This document shows positions 43,489-54,166 of a stretch of 64,000 nt of DNA, piece by piece. The number at the start of each line of letters is the position of its first letter. Positions within the stretch are counted from its first letter, which is position 1. The notes under the pieces are model-generated. The model searched no databases, was not told the DNA's origin, and was given only the letters and a program-made list of their open reading frames with translations. This stretch comes from Candidatus Gottesmanbacteria bacterium (GTDB taxonomy: Bacteria > Patescibacteriota > Microgenomatia > UBA10105 > UBA927): assembly GCA_963714095.1 (NCBI GenBank), contig OY970230.1, positions 831,907 to 895,906 on the forward strand, read 5' to 3'. The position numbers and the translations under genes are program-made.

Positions 43489-44953
43489 CGAAATAGCTAT
43501 AAAGCGGATCCTGATACTTTCTCTCCCATTGGCCGCTTTTAACCAAAGCGTCTAAATACAGTGTAATGTCCGACGGGGTCGGCACAATAGCCCAGCTAAA
43601 ATGGTACTCATTGTCGTATTTGATAAATGCAATAGGTCCTTTGGGCATTGCGATCCAGTCGCCTTCCAGAACCGGCGGGGTTTTACCGTTTTCCTCCCAG
43701 GCGGCCATGCGTCCGTCAATGAATGTTTTTACCTGCGGAACCCGCCACGAGAGATACCCCCCGTAATCATAAATATGGAAACCATTGCCGCGGGGCGGAT
43801 CGGCGAGCATTATGGCGGTGATAAGCTCTGAGCAATAGAGCGTTTCGTTACAATAATCATTCCAGGAGTAGGTCAAAAGATGCGGGTTCGGCATCGAGAA
43901 ATACGTTTGGAATTTCGCCATGTCCCACGAAACCAATGCGATGAGCATAAGCGCGATTGTCCATTGGACGGCACGTTTCTGAAAAAACCGCCAATGGTAG
44001 AGCGGCAGATTTCGAGCCAAAAAATAGACCACGACGGCGCCCAGAACGATAACAAATCTGTTGGCGCTAAATGCCAGATACGTACTAACCACGACTACCG
44101 CCACAGCGGGGAATGCCCGTATTTTCTTGCGGTTTACAAGAACTGCGAGAGTAAACAGTACGATGATTCCGGTAATCAGTGCCACGAGGGGTAAATCCGT
44201 CAACGGCGCCCATTCGGAGATGCCCAGAAGATTGGTATTGCTGGTGTGTTTAAACGTTTCTTCGTACACCTGCAGCCCCCAGGGGTTTACAAGAGGGGTA
44301 AACCAGGAAGCCGCAAGAGCGAGTCCGTAGGTTTTATATTGATGAATCGGTATTTTTTGTATCCGTGAGAGTATGCCGCAGCAGATCCATTGAATGGAAA
44401 GGAGTATGAGTCCCAATGCAAATCCGCCGTGAAGATTTGCCCAGACCAGAAAAAAAACCGGCAAGAGATACATGACCCAGGCCGGTGTTTTGCGTCCGTC
44501 GGGGTCCAGTATCCGGTCGGATATGACGATAGATGCGGCCATAAAGATTGTTGAAATGGTCGCCGTGCGCATGCCGCCGCCCCACATGGGCCCGACGAGT
44601 GCGATAAATACTATTCCCAGAAACAGTAATTGTACAAGATTTAACCGTTTGGGTGGCCAGATGACGATACAAAATGTAAAGAGCGTACAGAGGCCCGCGG
44701 TCACGGAAAGTCCTAAAAATCCCAAATGGGTAAACAGCTGGTAGACGATAAGATCATATCCCCAAGATGCCTGCACCCATTTATACTGCGGCCAGACGAA
44801 GCTGATGATATTGTCCCGCAGCACGTGTCCGGTCTGAAAGAAATACTGTCCATACCGCAGGTGCCAGCCTAAATCAGGGTCGCGGGCCGGCTGTGTAACC
44901 AACAAAAGAAAAGCAATGATAAAAAAGATTTTTGCCAGGTTAGTGAATCGCAT
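43472..44953 (-). CDS. Polytopic membrane protein, putative GT-C-type glycosyltransferase.
   Basis: The protein is 493 aa. The N-terminal loop PARDPDLGWHLRYGQ carries a DxD motif. At least 10 hydrophobic helices are predicted. Confidence 0.45.
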   Translation of the reverse strand: MRFTNLAKIFFIIAFLLLVTQPARDPDLGWHLRYGQYFFQTGHVLRDNIISFVWPQYKWVQASWGYDLIVYQLFTHLGFLGLSVTAGLCTLFTFCIVIWPPKRLNLVQLLFLGIVFIALVGPMWGGGMRTATISTIFMAASIVISDRILDPDGRKTPAWVMYLLPVFFLVWANLHGGFALGLILLSIQWICCGILSRIQKIPIHQYKTYGLALAASWFTPLVNPWGLQVYEETFKHTSNTNLLGISEWAPLTDLPLVALITGIIVLFTLAVLVNRKKIRAFPAVAVVVVSTYLAFSANRFVIVLGAVVVYFLARNLPLYHWRFFQKRAVQWTIALMLIALVSWDMAKFQTYFSMPNPHLLTYSWNDYCNETLYCSELITAIMLADPPRGNGFHIYDYGGYLSWRVPQVKTFIDGRMAAWEENGKTPPVLEGDWIAMPKGPIAFIKYDNEYHFSWAIVPTPSDITLYLDALVKSGQWERKYQDPLYSYFVKVKE

Positions 44954-46907
44954 ATGTTATAAGATAACACGCCGCAATAATGAAAAACAGCGCGTGATAT
45001 CCTATTGCCATGGCGCTGTATTCGAGAAACCCACCAAGTACTGCGCCAAGAATATTTGATGACAGCGCCAGAACGGGCCGTGGGGTATTTTTAAACAGCT
45101 GGCTGAAGATCATGTTCGCAAAAAATACCGGAGAGAAATAAAGAACCGCCGCCAACACGTATCTGGCGGCTCCTGGGACCGAAAGAAAATTTTCCGTAGG
45201 TATCATTGCAGAAAGAAGCAAGCTTCCAAAGAGGAGTATGTAGAGAATCCCCGGCTTGATACGGACGTTCATGCTTATGATGTTGGCAATAAGAATTGAT
45301 GTGAGGATTGCTCCAAACACGAGAGAATTGACAAACCATGTCGCGCCGAACAGGAGGCTGAACGTGGTAAGGCTTTTGGTTTCCAACAGGAGAAATGCCG
45401 CGCCGAACAGGAAAAACTTTACGTTAAACCCGCGCTCTTTCTGGATATACATGCTGAGCGCCATAAGTATGACGGCAAGTGCCAGAAGTGTCCCGAGTAT
45501 GGTCAGATAGAAGGCGGGAATGCCCCGGTTCTGCACATACAGAAACGGCCAGTCGTCGGTTGCAGGTGTCGCGTCTCTGGTTTTTTCGTACCGCACGATC
45601 GGTGAATCCTTCTTAAGGTCCGCAAGTTTTGGCTCCGCCATGATGATCGCAGCCTGCGTTTGCTTGTCAAAAAGGTACACATACGGCGTGGTGCCGAACG
45701 AATGCATGGCCATTTGAGCGATTTTATCTACAAGCCACGGTTCACGGTAATAATTGTAAAACACCGCGAGTCCGTTGGGGGTGAGATGTTGGCTTGCTTC
45801 TTTCATCGCTTCTTCGGTAAACAAAAAACTTTCCAGCCGGATATTTGACGTTTGACTCGTGAGTACCAGTGAGTCTGTTAGTGCGAAAATGATGAGATCA
45901 TACTGCCGCTTGCTGTTTGCTAAAAAATTTCTCCCGTCGCCGACGGTCAGATGGACGCGCGGATCTTCGTACGGCTGATCGGGATGGTGCGCGACACCCA
46001 GCTGTGCCACGACGGGATCTATTTCAACGGCATCGATGCGTGCGAGAGACGGATCTTCTCCGAGGGCGGTAGCCACATCATTGCCGGTGCCGGATCCCAG
46101 AATGAGTATATTTTTGTACTCAGGATGATGTAATTCTTCATACGCGAGGCGATAAAATGGTTCCTTATCTAACGAATGTGCGGCGTATTGGTTGGGGACG
46201 GTATTGACGGAAACGCCGAAATTCATGAAAAATTCGTGGATGTCCACGCGGTAATACGGGGACCAGAGTGAGTCGCCTGTGGTCCCGAATACGAGAATAA
46301 TTGTGCAAACCAGCGGAAGTATGCCCAAGACTATCCATTTCCAGGAGGGTCAGGAATGTAACGGTTGTCCCTACAGCACCGATAATGATAAACCATATCC
46401 ATGCAGAGACGCCCAGAAACGAAAGGCCGGAAAAGATGATGATTGCCAGAAGCGATCCGGCAATGTCGATGGTGTAGGCGGTTATAGGAGGAAGTTACCC
46501 AAACACGCGCCCGAATTCCTGTGATATCATGGCAAAACACAGGGAAACCAGAAGGAAAATGAAGGGTAAAATTGTGGTGGGTTCCACATGGGGTACGGTT
46601 TGCGGGCTGATATCGGTGAAAAAAATAACGTTTGGGGAAGTGTTCTGAACATCGAGATTAAACGAGACTGTGAGCGTAATGAGAAGCAGTAGAAATAGGG
46701 GAAATATCTGTTGTATTTCGCCCGAATGCGGCTTTTCGTCCATAGCAGACCTAACCCTAATCCCAGGAACGCAGCAAGCAGCGTGATGTTGGCAAAAAAT
46801 CCCATGAGCCGGACGCATGAGGGGATGAAGCGGATGAGGGCAAGTTCCGTGAAGAGAATAAGAAAACTGAGTAAAAAGAGGCGGAGTCTGGTCATTTCAA
46901 TCATCAT
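44940..46907 (-). CDS. Membrane-bound spermidine-synthase-like (PABS fold) aminopropyltransferase-family protein, interrupted near 46330-46530.
   Basis: The PABS motifs are present: ILILGSGTGNDVATAL, IDAVEIDPVV, VHLTVGDGRNFL and YDLIIFALTDS. The N-terminal TM module (MMIEMTRLRLFLLSFLILFTELALIRF...) lies in ORF 46527..47147. A stop separates the two same-frame pieces. Confidence 0.5.
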
Positions 46908-46946
46908 ACTACCAAATTTGCAGTATGCGTGATACGGTATGTGTAA

Positions 46947-48368
46947 ATGGTGCCAAGGATAAAAAATATACTGCTGTTTTTGCTTGCGATTATTCCGTAT
47001 ATATATCTGACGAATAGGCTGTTTCTCCTTGAGCCTCCGGTCTGGCCGGATGAAGCAGTATTTACTGATGTAGCAAAAACGTTTATTAGAACCGGTCACA
47101 TAGCAACGCAGATCTATGGAGGCGCGATATATAATACTGCCGCACATTTCTATTTTTATCCGCCCGCGTATTTTCTTACACTCTCGGCCTGGATCCGGAT
47201 GTTCGGACCGGGTATTGAATCCGTCCGCCTGATGTCTTCTTTTATAGGATTACTGTCCCTGGTTCTTTTTTGGATTTATATCGTTCGACTGTTCCACTCG
47301 CGGACACTCGCGGTAGCGGGCACGGTAATGCTGAGTATTGATAGTTATTTCGGGCTGTCTTCGCGTACGGCCCGCATGGAAATAGTAGTATTTTTTCTCT
47401 TTATTTCCACGCTCATCGTGATTGATATCGCTTTTCAGCGGAAATCAGCCCTCTGGTATTTGGCCGGCGGCATACTTGCCTCATGTGCCGTGATGACTCA
47501 TCCATTGGGAATCATGGTCGTTGCACTTGCCGTTTTTGCCGTTATAGCCAGACACAGGAAAATCGATACGGATGTCTGTTGGGATCTTTTGCCTCCGGCG
47601 CTGGCTGCAGCGGGTTGGTTTATCTCGATGGGGAAAAATTTTCCGATGTTCATCTATCAGGTTGGTATAAATTTTGCATACAAAAATGCAGAGGTCCCTC
47701 ATATTTTTACCCTGTTCGGGCAGGGGATATTCTGGCAGATCTCTATGGTGTGCATCGGCCTCATTATCGCCATACAAACTCTCGTTGTTATTCAAAAAAG
47801 GAAATATTCTGACATATTCGTTTTGGGCGGTTTTGTAATCTCGGTTCTCTTTGTCTTATGGGGAAAGGTTTTTTGGTACACCATATATCCGGCGCCGTTT
47901 ATAGACCTCATGATTCTTGGTTTTTTTGCATGTCCTCCGAAACAAAACGTATACAGATACGGCGTGTTTTTGTTGTCTTTCTGTACAATCCTTGCACAGG
48001 CGGCCATCCTGTATATGACGCTGCAGTCATTTCAGGGGATGGACAACGGATATCACCTGTTTACCCGATCAATTCAGTCGTTCGTGCCCCGCGGCGGGCA
48101 TGTACTACTAGCATCCGTATGGGATCCGTATTTTGATCTTAAGAGGGATTCCGGATTGACACTCTATGAACTGTCAGAACTTCCGTTACCGGATTCGGAC
48201 ATTAAGCCCCTGTTGGATAATGCAGATGTCGTTATCTATACAAATATATTTTCTCCGTATGTTGCTTCCTATTTGAATACCTACAGAAAATCGACAATAC
48301 AGATACACTATGGATATTCAGCTACGGTGGTATTATTACTTCCCCGCGGAGAACGTTTTGCAAAATGA
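46947..48368 (+). CDS. GT-C membrane glycosyltransferase (PMT/ArnT-like).
   Basis: LLEPPVWPDEAVFTDVAKTF carries the DE motif in the first extracytoplasmic loop. The protein is polytopic and 473 aa. Confidence 0.6.
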   Translation: MVPRIKNILLFLLAIIPYIYLTNRLFLLEPPVWPDEAVFTDVAKTFIRTGHIATQIYGGAIYNTAAHFYFYPPAYFLTLSAWIRMFGPGIESVRLMSSFIGLLSLVLFWIYIVRLFHSRTLAVAGTVMLSIDSYFGLSSRTARMEIVVFFLFISTLIVIDIAFQRKSALWYLAGGILASCAVMTHPLGIMVVALAVFAVIARHRKIDTDVCWDLLPPALAAAGWFISMGKNFPMFIYQVGINFAYKNAEVPHIFTLFGQGIFWQISMVCIGLIIAIQTLVVIQKRKYSDIFVLGGFVISVLFVLWGKVFWYTIYPAPFIDLMILGFFACPPKQNVYRYGVFLLSFCTILAQAAILYMTLQSFQGMDNGYHLFTRSIQSFVPRGGHVLLASVWDPYFDLKRDSGLTLYELSELPLPDSDIKPLLDNADVVIYTNIFSPYVASYLNTYRKSTIQIHYGYSATVVLLLPRGERFAK

Positions 48369-48409
48369 CGCTGGTAAAATACGTTGTGTTTGCGGTATAT
48401 TGAGCATCA

Positions 48410-49042
48410 ATGCACTATTCACGGGACGATGCAATGATCCGTATCCGCAGGAACACGTGGATCCGGCGCAGGCGATTGGCGATGTTCGGGCTTAAAAAAA
48501 CGGACAGGATATTGGATCTGGGTTGCGGCGACGGGCTTGATATAGAAATACTTCGCAAAAAAGGCTGTAAAAAGATTACCGGTGTTGATATCCCCCCGAA
48601 ACTGCTTGCAGATGCCAAAAAAAGGAATCCCGGCGTACGTTTTATCCGTGCATCGGCGGAAAAATTACCGTTTAAGGATGCTTCGTTTGATACGGTATTC
48701 GTTGATTCCGTTCTCTATCATTTTGTCGGGAAGCCGGAGGCGTTTTCCGAGATTTGGCGCGTGCTGGTGCCCGGCGGCCGACTGTGCATAATCGATATGC
48801 ATAACTCGCGGGTACGGAAATTTTTTGATTGGCTCACGTTTTCACCTATACGCCGCATTATCCCGTATCTGGAAAAACGGCGGCGTGCATATACGGTTGA
48901 ACAGGCGGCAATTGAACGGTGGCACGCGCATGAAAAAGAGTTTCTTAAAAGCCTCGCGTCAGCGGGATTTAAGCAGGAATTGTTGCGTACGGACCTACTC
49001 AGTATTATCGGGAAGTACCGAAAGATGCAAGAATTTTTTTAA
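48410..49042 (+). CDS. Class I SAM-dependent methyltransferase.
   Basis: Motif I is ILDLGCGDGLDIEIL. The post-I acidic residue and motif II (VFVDSVLYHF) are present. Confidence 0.7.
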   Translation: MHYSRDDAMIRIRRNTWIRRRRLAMFGLKKTDRILDLGCGDGLDIEILRKKGCKKITGVDIPPKLLADAKKRNPGVRFIRASAEKLPFKDASFDTVFVDSVLYHFVGKPEAFSEIWRVLVPGGRLCIIDMHNSRVRKFFDWLTFSPIRRIIPYLEKRRRAYTVEQAAIERWHAHEKEFLKSLASAGFKQELLRTDLLSIIGKYRKMQEFF

Positions 49043-50087
49043 CGCGCTTCGCACGCGTCCGGAAGAATATTTTTCTCTGAATTTAATTTTTGCTTTCCGG
49101 CCGAATCGTTGTGCCAGACGCCGATTTTTCAACAGTTTTTCAATGGCCGCTGCCAGCGCCTGCGGATTTGCCGGCGCAACAAGGATTCCCGATACGCCAC
49201 CCACGACGTCTTCCGGTATGCCGTCAATATCGCTTGCGATAATCGGAAGACCCGCTGCCATAGCCTCCAGAACCGCGATTGATCCGCTGCCTTCTTCCAG
49301 CGAGGGCAAAATAAAACAATAGGCTTTTTTAAAAAACGGCTGTGTATCGTCCGCATAACCGGTAAACGTGATATTTGAGAGCCCTAGTGTTTGCGCAAAC
49401 CGTTTATTCTTTTTCAGTTTATGGCCGCCGCCCACGATGACGGCTTTATAACGTATATTTTTGTCGTTCAAAATTTTGTACGCGTCAAGAAGATAGGGGA
49501 TACCCTTGCGGGCATCCTGCCTGCAGATAGTCAGGAGTTGTGGTGTTTCAGATTGCATACGGCATTTGATAAAACTTTTTCCGATCCAGTTTGAATTCAT
49601 TTTGTAAAATTTTTTCCGTTGAACGGTAGTGGGTGATGATGCGGTCGCTTTTTGTAAGAATAGAGCGTTCTAAAAGTGAAAATATCGGAGTGTGGTACTC
49701 GTGTTTGATCGTTGTAAAATAATCCGCAAACAACTGTACTGACGGTTGGTTTTTTTTCACGAGCAGTCCTGCTAATGTCCATGGGCCAATGCCCCAAATG
49801 ATTTCTGCGTGATCCAATTTATTTATCGCCTGCGCAATGAGAACAGATGCGGGTACAAGCGCCGCCATTTCGCGGCCGGCGATGATTCGGATAAACGGCA
49901 CCTTAACGACATGAATTATTCCGATGGGTGTTTTTGTGACAGAACTCGTCTGTCCGACGCAAAAAATATGTACGTCGCTTCCAAGAGCGACTAATTGTCG
50001 AGCAAGGGCAGCCCCGTAGTGTGCGTACCCGCTTTTTCCGGTTTTCGGATGCTTGCCGCTTATAAGAGAGATCGTAGGGTGGTACAT
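48995..50087 (-). CDS. Glycosyltransferase family 4, split by a frameshift near 49550-49600.
   Basis: The N-terminal GT-B domain lies in ORF 49548..50135. The C-terminal domain (ILPSLEEGSGSIAVLEAMAAGLPIIASD) lies in ORF 48995..49600, in another frame. Confidence 0.55.
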
Positions 50088-51157
50088 ACGTATGCGATAT
50101 CGGCGCCAGTCAGTGCGACGCCGGAGGGCAAGCACAGGCCGTGCGAACTCAAATGTTCTGCTACCGGATACCGTTCACCCGTAAATAACCCGATTTTTTT
50201 AAACGCAGGCTGCCGGTGAAGCGGGATAAAAAATTCACGTGTTTCGATACCGTTCTTCGCTAATTTTTTCTCGACAGAGTCTCTCGTTTGTTTACTATTG
50301 AACAAAATTCCGTACTGCCAGTAAACATTGGTATATCCCGGAAGTTCGGAGGGAAGCCGTAGACCGTTCACGCCAGAGAGGAGCCGCGAATATTTTTGTG
50401 CAATAGTGCGTTTTTTTGCTATGAAATTCTTTGCGTTTTCCGTTTGTGCAAGTCCTAAAGCCGCTTGTACGTTGCTTAACCGGTATGCATAGGCAATTTC
50501 CTGATGCAAAAAATGCTTGTTGGGAGTGCGGGCAAGGTTGCGAAGGCTCCGCATGCGGTCGGCAAGGCGTTTATTATTCGTCGTTACCATGCCGCCTTCG
50601 CCGGTTGTTATAATCTTATTGCCGTAGAATGAAAAGCAGCCCATATCGCCGAAAGAACCTGCTAATTTATTACGGATTTTTGCTCCGTGAGCCTCTGCGG
50701 CATCCTCGATAACGGCGAGTTTATATTTTTTGGCCAATTTCCGTACCGCCGCCATATCCGCCGGGTGCCCGTGAAGGTGGACGGGGATAATGGCACGGGT
50801 TTTTTTGGTAATCTTTTCTTCTATTTTGGATACATTGATATTTCCGGTATTTTTTTCGCTGTCTACAAGTATTGGTTTTGCGCCAAGATACACAATGGGC
50901 AGCGCCGTCGCAATCATCGTAAGAGTGGGTACGATGATTTCGTCGCCGGGACCGATATGCAGGGCCGCCAGTGCCAGATGGATGGCACCGGTGCCGCTTG
51001 AACAGGCGACCGCATATTTCGTGCCGATGAGTCGGGCAAATGCGTTTTCAAACCGCCGGATATACGAACCTTTGGATGACACCCAACCGCTTGTAAGACA
51101 ATCCAGGACGTATTTTTTTTCGTTCCGTCCGATAAGAGGTTCTGATACGGGAATCAT
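50060..51157 (-). CDS. DegT/DnrJ/EryC1/StrS family PLP-dependent sugar aminotransferase (ArnB-like).
   Basis: MIPVSEPLIGRNEKKYVLDCLTSGWVSS...YAVACSSGTGAIHLAL is the typical DegT N-terminus. The length is 365 aa. Confidence 0.8.
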   Translation of the reverse strand: MIPVSEPLIGRNEKKYVLDCLTSGWVSSKGSYIRRFENAFARLIGTKYAVACSSGTGAIHLALAALHIGPGDEIIVPTLTMIATALPIVYLGAKPILVDSEKNTGNINVSKIEEKITKKTRAIIPVHLHGHPADMAAVRKLAKKYKLAVIEDAAEAHGAKIRNKLAGSFGDMGCFSFYGNKIITTGEGGMVTTNNKRLADRMRSLRNLARTPNKHFLHQEIAYAYRLSNVQAALGLAQTENAKNFIAKKRTIAQKYSRLLSGVNGLRLPSELPGYTNVYWQYGILFNSKQTRDSVEKKLAKNGIETREFFIPLHRQPAFKKIGLFTGERYPVAEHLSSHGLCLPSGVALTGADIAYVCTTLRSLL

Positions 51158-51220
51158 GGCGCCATCATACCGCGGGGCGCTCCTCTTGTCGAGATTCGAA
51201 AGAATAGTATACTAGGACAC

Positions 51221-52645
51221 GTGAAGATAAAAAAATATTTGCCGTGGATTATTATCGGTATCGGCATTCTCCTGCGGCTCCGGCAATACTTTTTTAACCG
51301 GTCGCTATGGCTGGATGAAGCGCTATTGGCACGCAATATTATTGAACGATCGTTTGTGGGGCTCCTTCAGCCGCTCGGATATGAGCAAAATGCCCCGGTC
51401 GGTTTTTTACTCTTATCAAAGCTGGCGACGGTTATCGGCGGGCCGACGTCGTTGGCTCTGCGGTTTTTCCCGCTTGTATTCGGCATCATTTCATTGTTCT
51501 TTTTTTACCGCGTCGCGAGGCATTTTTTGCGCTTGCCCGGCACGCTTATTGCTCTCACTTTTTTTTCACTGGCGACCCCTATGGTGTATTACTCGACGGA
51601 GTTTAAACAATACATGGGGGATGTGCTTGCCGCACTCATCCTGTGGTATTTTTTTCTTGTCGCACCGCCGAAAAGTAAGAGCCGGCTCGCCCTGTTGGGG
51701 GCAGGTATATTGTGGTTTTCGCATGCGAGCGTGTTTATCCTTGCAGGTTTGGGCATGGGAGATATTTCGCTTTGGACCTATGCCGTTCCCATATGGCTTG
51801 CGAGTTTCGGCATCGATTATCTTTTGTTCCTTCGGTATAGCCTTTCCCTGACTATGGTCAATGTTTGGCAGGGGCATTTTTTATTATTTCCATGGTTGCG
51901 GGGGAAAACGGATGTGTATGTTAAATCAATAGGTACCGTCTTCGGATTTTTTGTGGATGTAGATGCCGCGTGGGTGCACGCATGCCTGTTGGTCGCCGGA
52001 TATAGTTCCCTTGCAAGAAAAAGCATCAAAAATATCAGCGGTTTTATTCTGCCCATTGTTTTTGTACTCATTGCGTCCGGTTTTGAGAAGTACCCCTTTG
52101 TCCCGCGGCTTCTCCTCTTCTTTGCGCCGTCTCTCTATATCGCAATCGGGGCAGGCGCGGATCTTTTGATAGCATGCGGTCGAAGGATAGCGCATAAGGC
52201 AGGAGCAATGATTGCCGTTTGTGTTCTTTTACCGCTCCTTTTCTGGGGTACGGTACCGTATGCCGCAGCGTCATTCGTGACGCCGATAAAAGTAGAAGAG
52301 CTCGAACAGGTGATGAGCTATCTTCACGCGCATTATCAGAAAGGCGACATCATTTATCTCTATTATGCGGCGGAATCACCGTTCCGGTTTTATGCCCCGA
52401 AGTTCGGCCTCGACCGGGTGCCCGTCGTGGTCGGCGTGTCCTCACGGGATGACCCGGTGAAATATCAGCAGGATGCGGCGAAACTGAAAGGGAATCCCCG
52501 GGTATGGGTGATATTTTCCCACATTTTTCAGCAGGAGTTTGTCGGGGAAGATCAGTACATTGTCAGGTTTCTGGATTATATCGGGAGCCGTCTGGATTAT
52601 TATCCGCAGGTCGGCGCATCATTGTATCTGTATGATTTAAGATAA
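51221..52645 (+). CDS. GT-C membrane glycosyltransferase (PMT/ArnT-like).
   Basis: NRSLWLDEALLARNIIE carries the DE loop motif. The protein is polytopic and 474 aa. Confidence 0.6.
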   Translation: MKIKKYLPWIIIGIGILLRLRQYFFNRSLWLDEALLARNIIERSFVGLLQPLGYEQNAPVGFLLLSKLATVIGGPTSLALRFFPLVFGIISLFFFYRVARHFLRLPGTLIALTFFSLATPMVYYSTEFKQYMGDVLAALILWYFFLVAPPKSKSRLALLGAGILWFSHASVFILAGLGMGDISLWTYAVPIWLASFGIDYLLFLRYSLSLTMVNVWQGHFLLFPWLRGKTDVYVKSIGTVFGFFVDVDAAWVHACLLVAGYSSLARKSIKNISGFILPIVFVLIASGFEKYPFVPRLLLFFAPSLYIAIGAGADLLIACGRRIAHKAGAMIAVCVLLPLLFWGTVPYAAASFVTPIKVEELEQVMSYLHAHYQKGDIIYLYYAAESPFRFYAPKFGLDRVPVVVGVSSRDDPVKYQQDAAKLKGNPRVWVIFSHIFQQEFVGEDQYIVRFLDYIGSRLDYYPQVGASLYLYDLR

Positions 52646-52730
52646 ACGTAAAGTTTCCGTCATACTTCCTGCAAAAAATGAGGCAGAAGGGTTGGCCACC
52701 GCCCGTATTATTTTGGGGGAACAATAACAA

Positions 52731-53349
52731 TTACTTCAACTTTCCCGACCCGCGGAAGAGAAGCGAGATAAGGATAAGGTCATAAAAAATCCGGAAATAT
52801 TTTACAATCCCGAATTTGGATTGCCCGTACTTCCTTGGGCGGTGCGCGACCGGGACTTCAACAATTTTTAGATGAAGTTGGCGGGCAAGGAGTAATGAAT
52901 AGCGTAATAATGATCCTTCTTTCGGAAGCCGGTCAAGAACGTCTTTCCGGTAAACCTTCATCGGGCTTGAGAAATCGTTGAATTTATATATAAAATTAGC
53001 CAGACGCGTCAGCACTATTTTATACTGGGGATCATGACGGCGCATCCGATATCCCGAAACAATATCGTACCCTTCGTCCAGTTTTTTTAATAATTTAGGA
53101 AGCTCCCGCGGGTCGTCCTGTAAGTCTGAATCTATCGTGATGATAATAGATCCCTTTGCCCGTTCGATACCGGTCCGGAGAGCCTCCCATTTCCCGAAAT
53201 GGTCAGTGTATCCCGACGCGTCGTCTACGGCAACAATTTCATATTTTTTGCCGGCAAATGTGTGCTCGATTTCAGTGAATAACTGCGGCAGGGACGCGTC
53301 TTCGTCCCTCACGGGGAGGATAATGGAATAAACAATATTGCAATTCATG
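52731..53349 (-). CDS. GT2 polyprenyl-phosphate sugar transferase (ArnC/DPM1-like).
   Basis: The start is taken at MNCNIVYSIILPVRDE. AVDDASGYTD and ITIDSDLQDDP are the DxD regions. Confidence 0.7.
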
Positions 53350-53372
53350 CTGGGCTCATTATAATACAAGTC

Positions 53373-53795
53373 ATGGCAGCACTCGGGTTTTTGAAGAAAT
53401 ATAAAATTATAATCATCGGCGTTGCCGCGGTTGTGGTCGTTGCTGCAGCCCCTTCCGTGTACTTTTTCCGCCAATATCAGGCGGCACAGCTCCGCATCAA
53501 TAATCCCACTGCTGCCACCAACCAGGATGCCAAAGATACGATTGCGGCGGTTGGTAAGTTAATCTTGTTACCGGAAGGTGAAAACCCTACCTTTGTACAG
53601 TTGACTGAGGCTGACGTAAGCAAATTAAAAAACCAGACTTATTTTGCTAACGCAAAAAGCGGAGACAGAATACTTATTTATATAAAGGCAAAAAAGGCCA
53701 TTTTATACCGCAGCGAAACGAATATGATTATTGATGTGGCACCGGTGAATGTCGGTAGCGCGTCAGCGACCCCTAGTCCAACTCTCAATAAATGA
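53373..53795 (+). CDS. Small N-terminally anchored protein.
   Basis: The TM segment is IIIIGVAAVVVVAAAP. The protein is 140 aa. Confidence 0.4.
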   Translation: MAALGFLKKYKIIIIGVAAVVVVAAAPSVYFFRQYQAAQLRINNPTAATNQDAKDTIAAVGKLILLPEGENPTFVQLTEADVSKLKNQTYFANAKSGDRILIYIKAKKAILYRSETNMIIDVAPVNVGSASATPSPTLNK

Positions 53796-53807
53796 TATAA
53801 TAGACAT

Positions 53808-54122
53808 ATGAGTACATTTCATGATGATAAATTGTGGCAGGAAGCATACACGTCGGTATTAGATCTGTGCGCGCTTACGGGAGATAACGAGGTTATCGCT
53901 CAGGCGCAAAAATTAGGTCTTAAGACCCTCACTATGATTGCAGACGGCGTCTCGCGCCGTGACCGCAGGGAACGGGATATGAAACTTCGCGATGCCGCAG
54001 GACGTGTCGCAGGTGTACGGAGTTTATTGTCCGTTGCCTGGGCGCAGGATGCGGTCAATGACGAAACATTTGCCAAACTTGACGGCGCCTATGAAAGCCT
54101 CGCTAACAAATTACCCCGATAA
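53808..54122 (+). CDS. Four-helix-bundle protein (23S rRNA intervening-sequence-protein-like).
   Basis: LWQEAYTSVLDLCALT...MIADGVSRRDRRE...AAGRVAGVRSLL fits the IVS-protein pattern. This is a weak recognition. Confidence 0.35.
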   Translation: MSTFHDDKLWQEAYTSVLDLCALTGDNEVIAQAQKLGLKTLTMIADGVSRRDRRERDMKLRDAAGRVAGVRSLLSVAWAQDAVNDETFAKLDGAYESLANKLPR

Positions 54123-54166
54123 TTTCCCCCTTTACAGCACGCACTGTTTCCCTATACGCTTATCGT

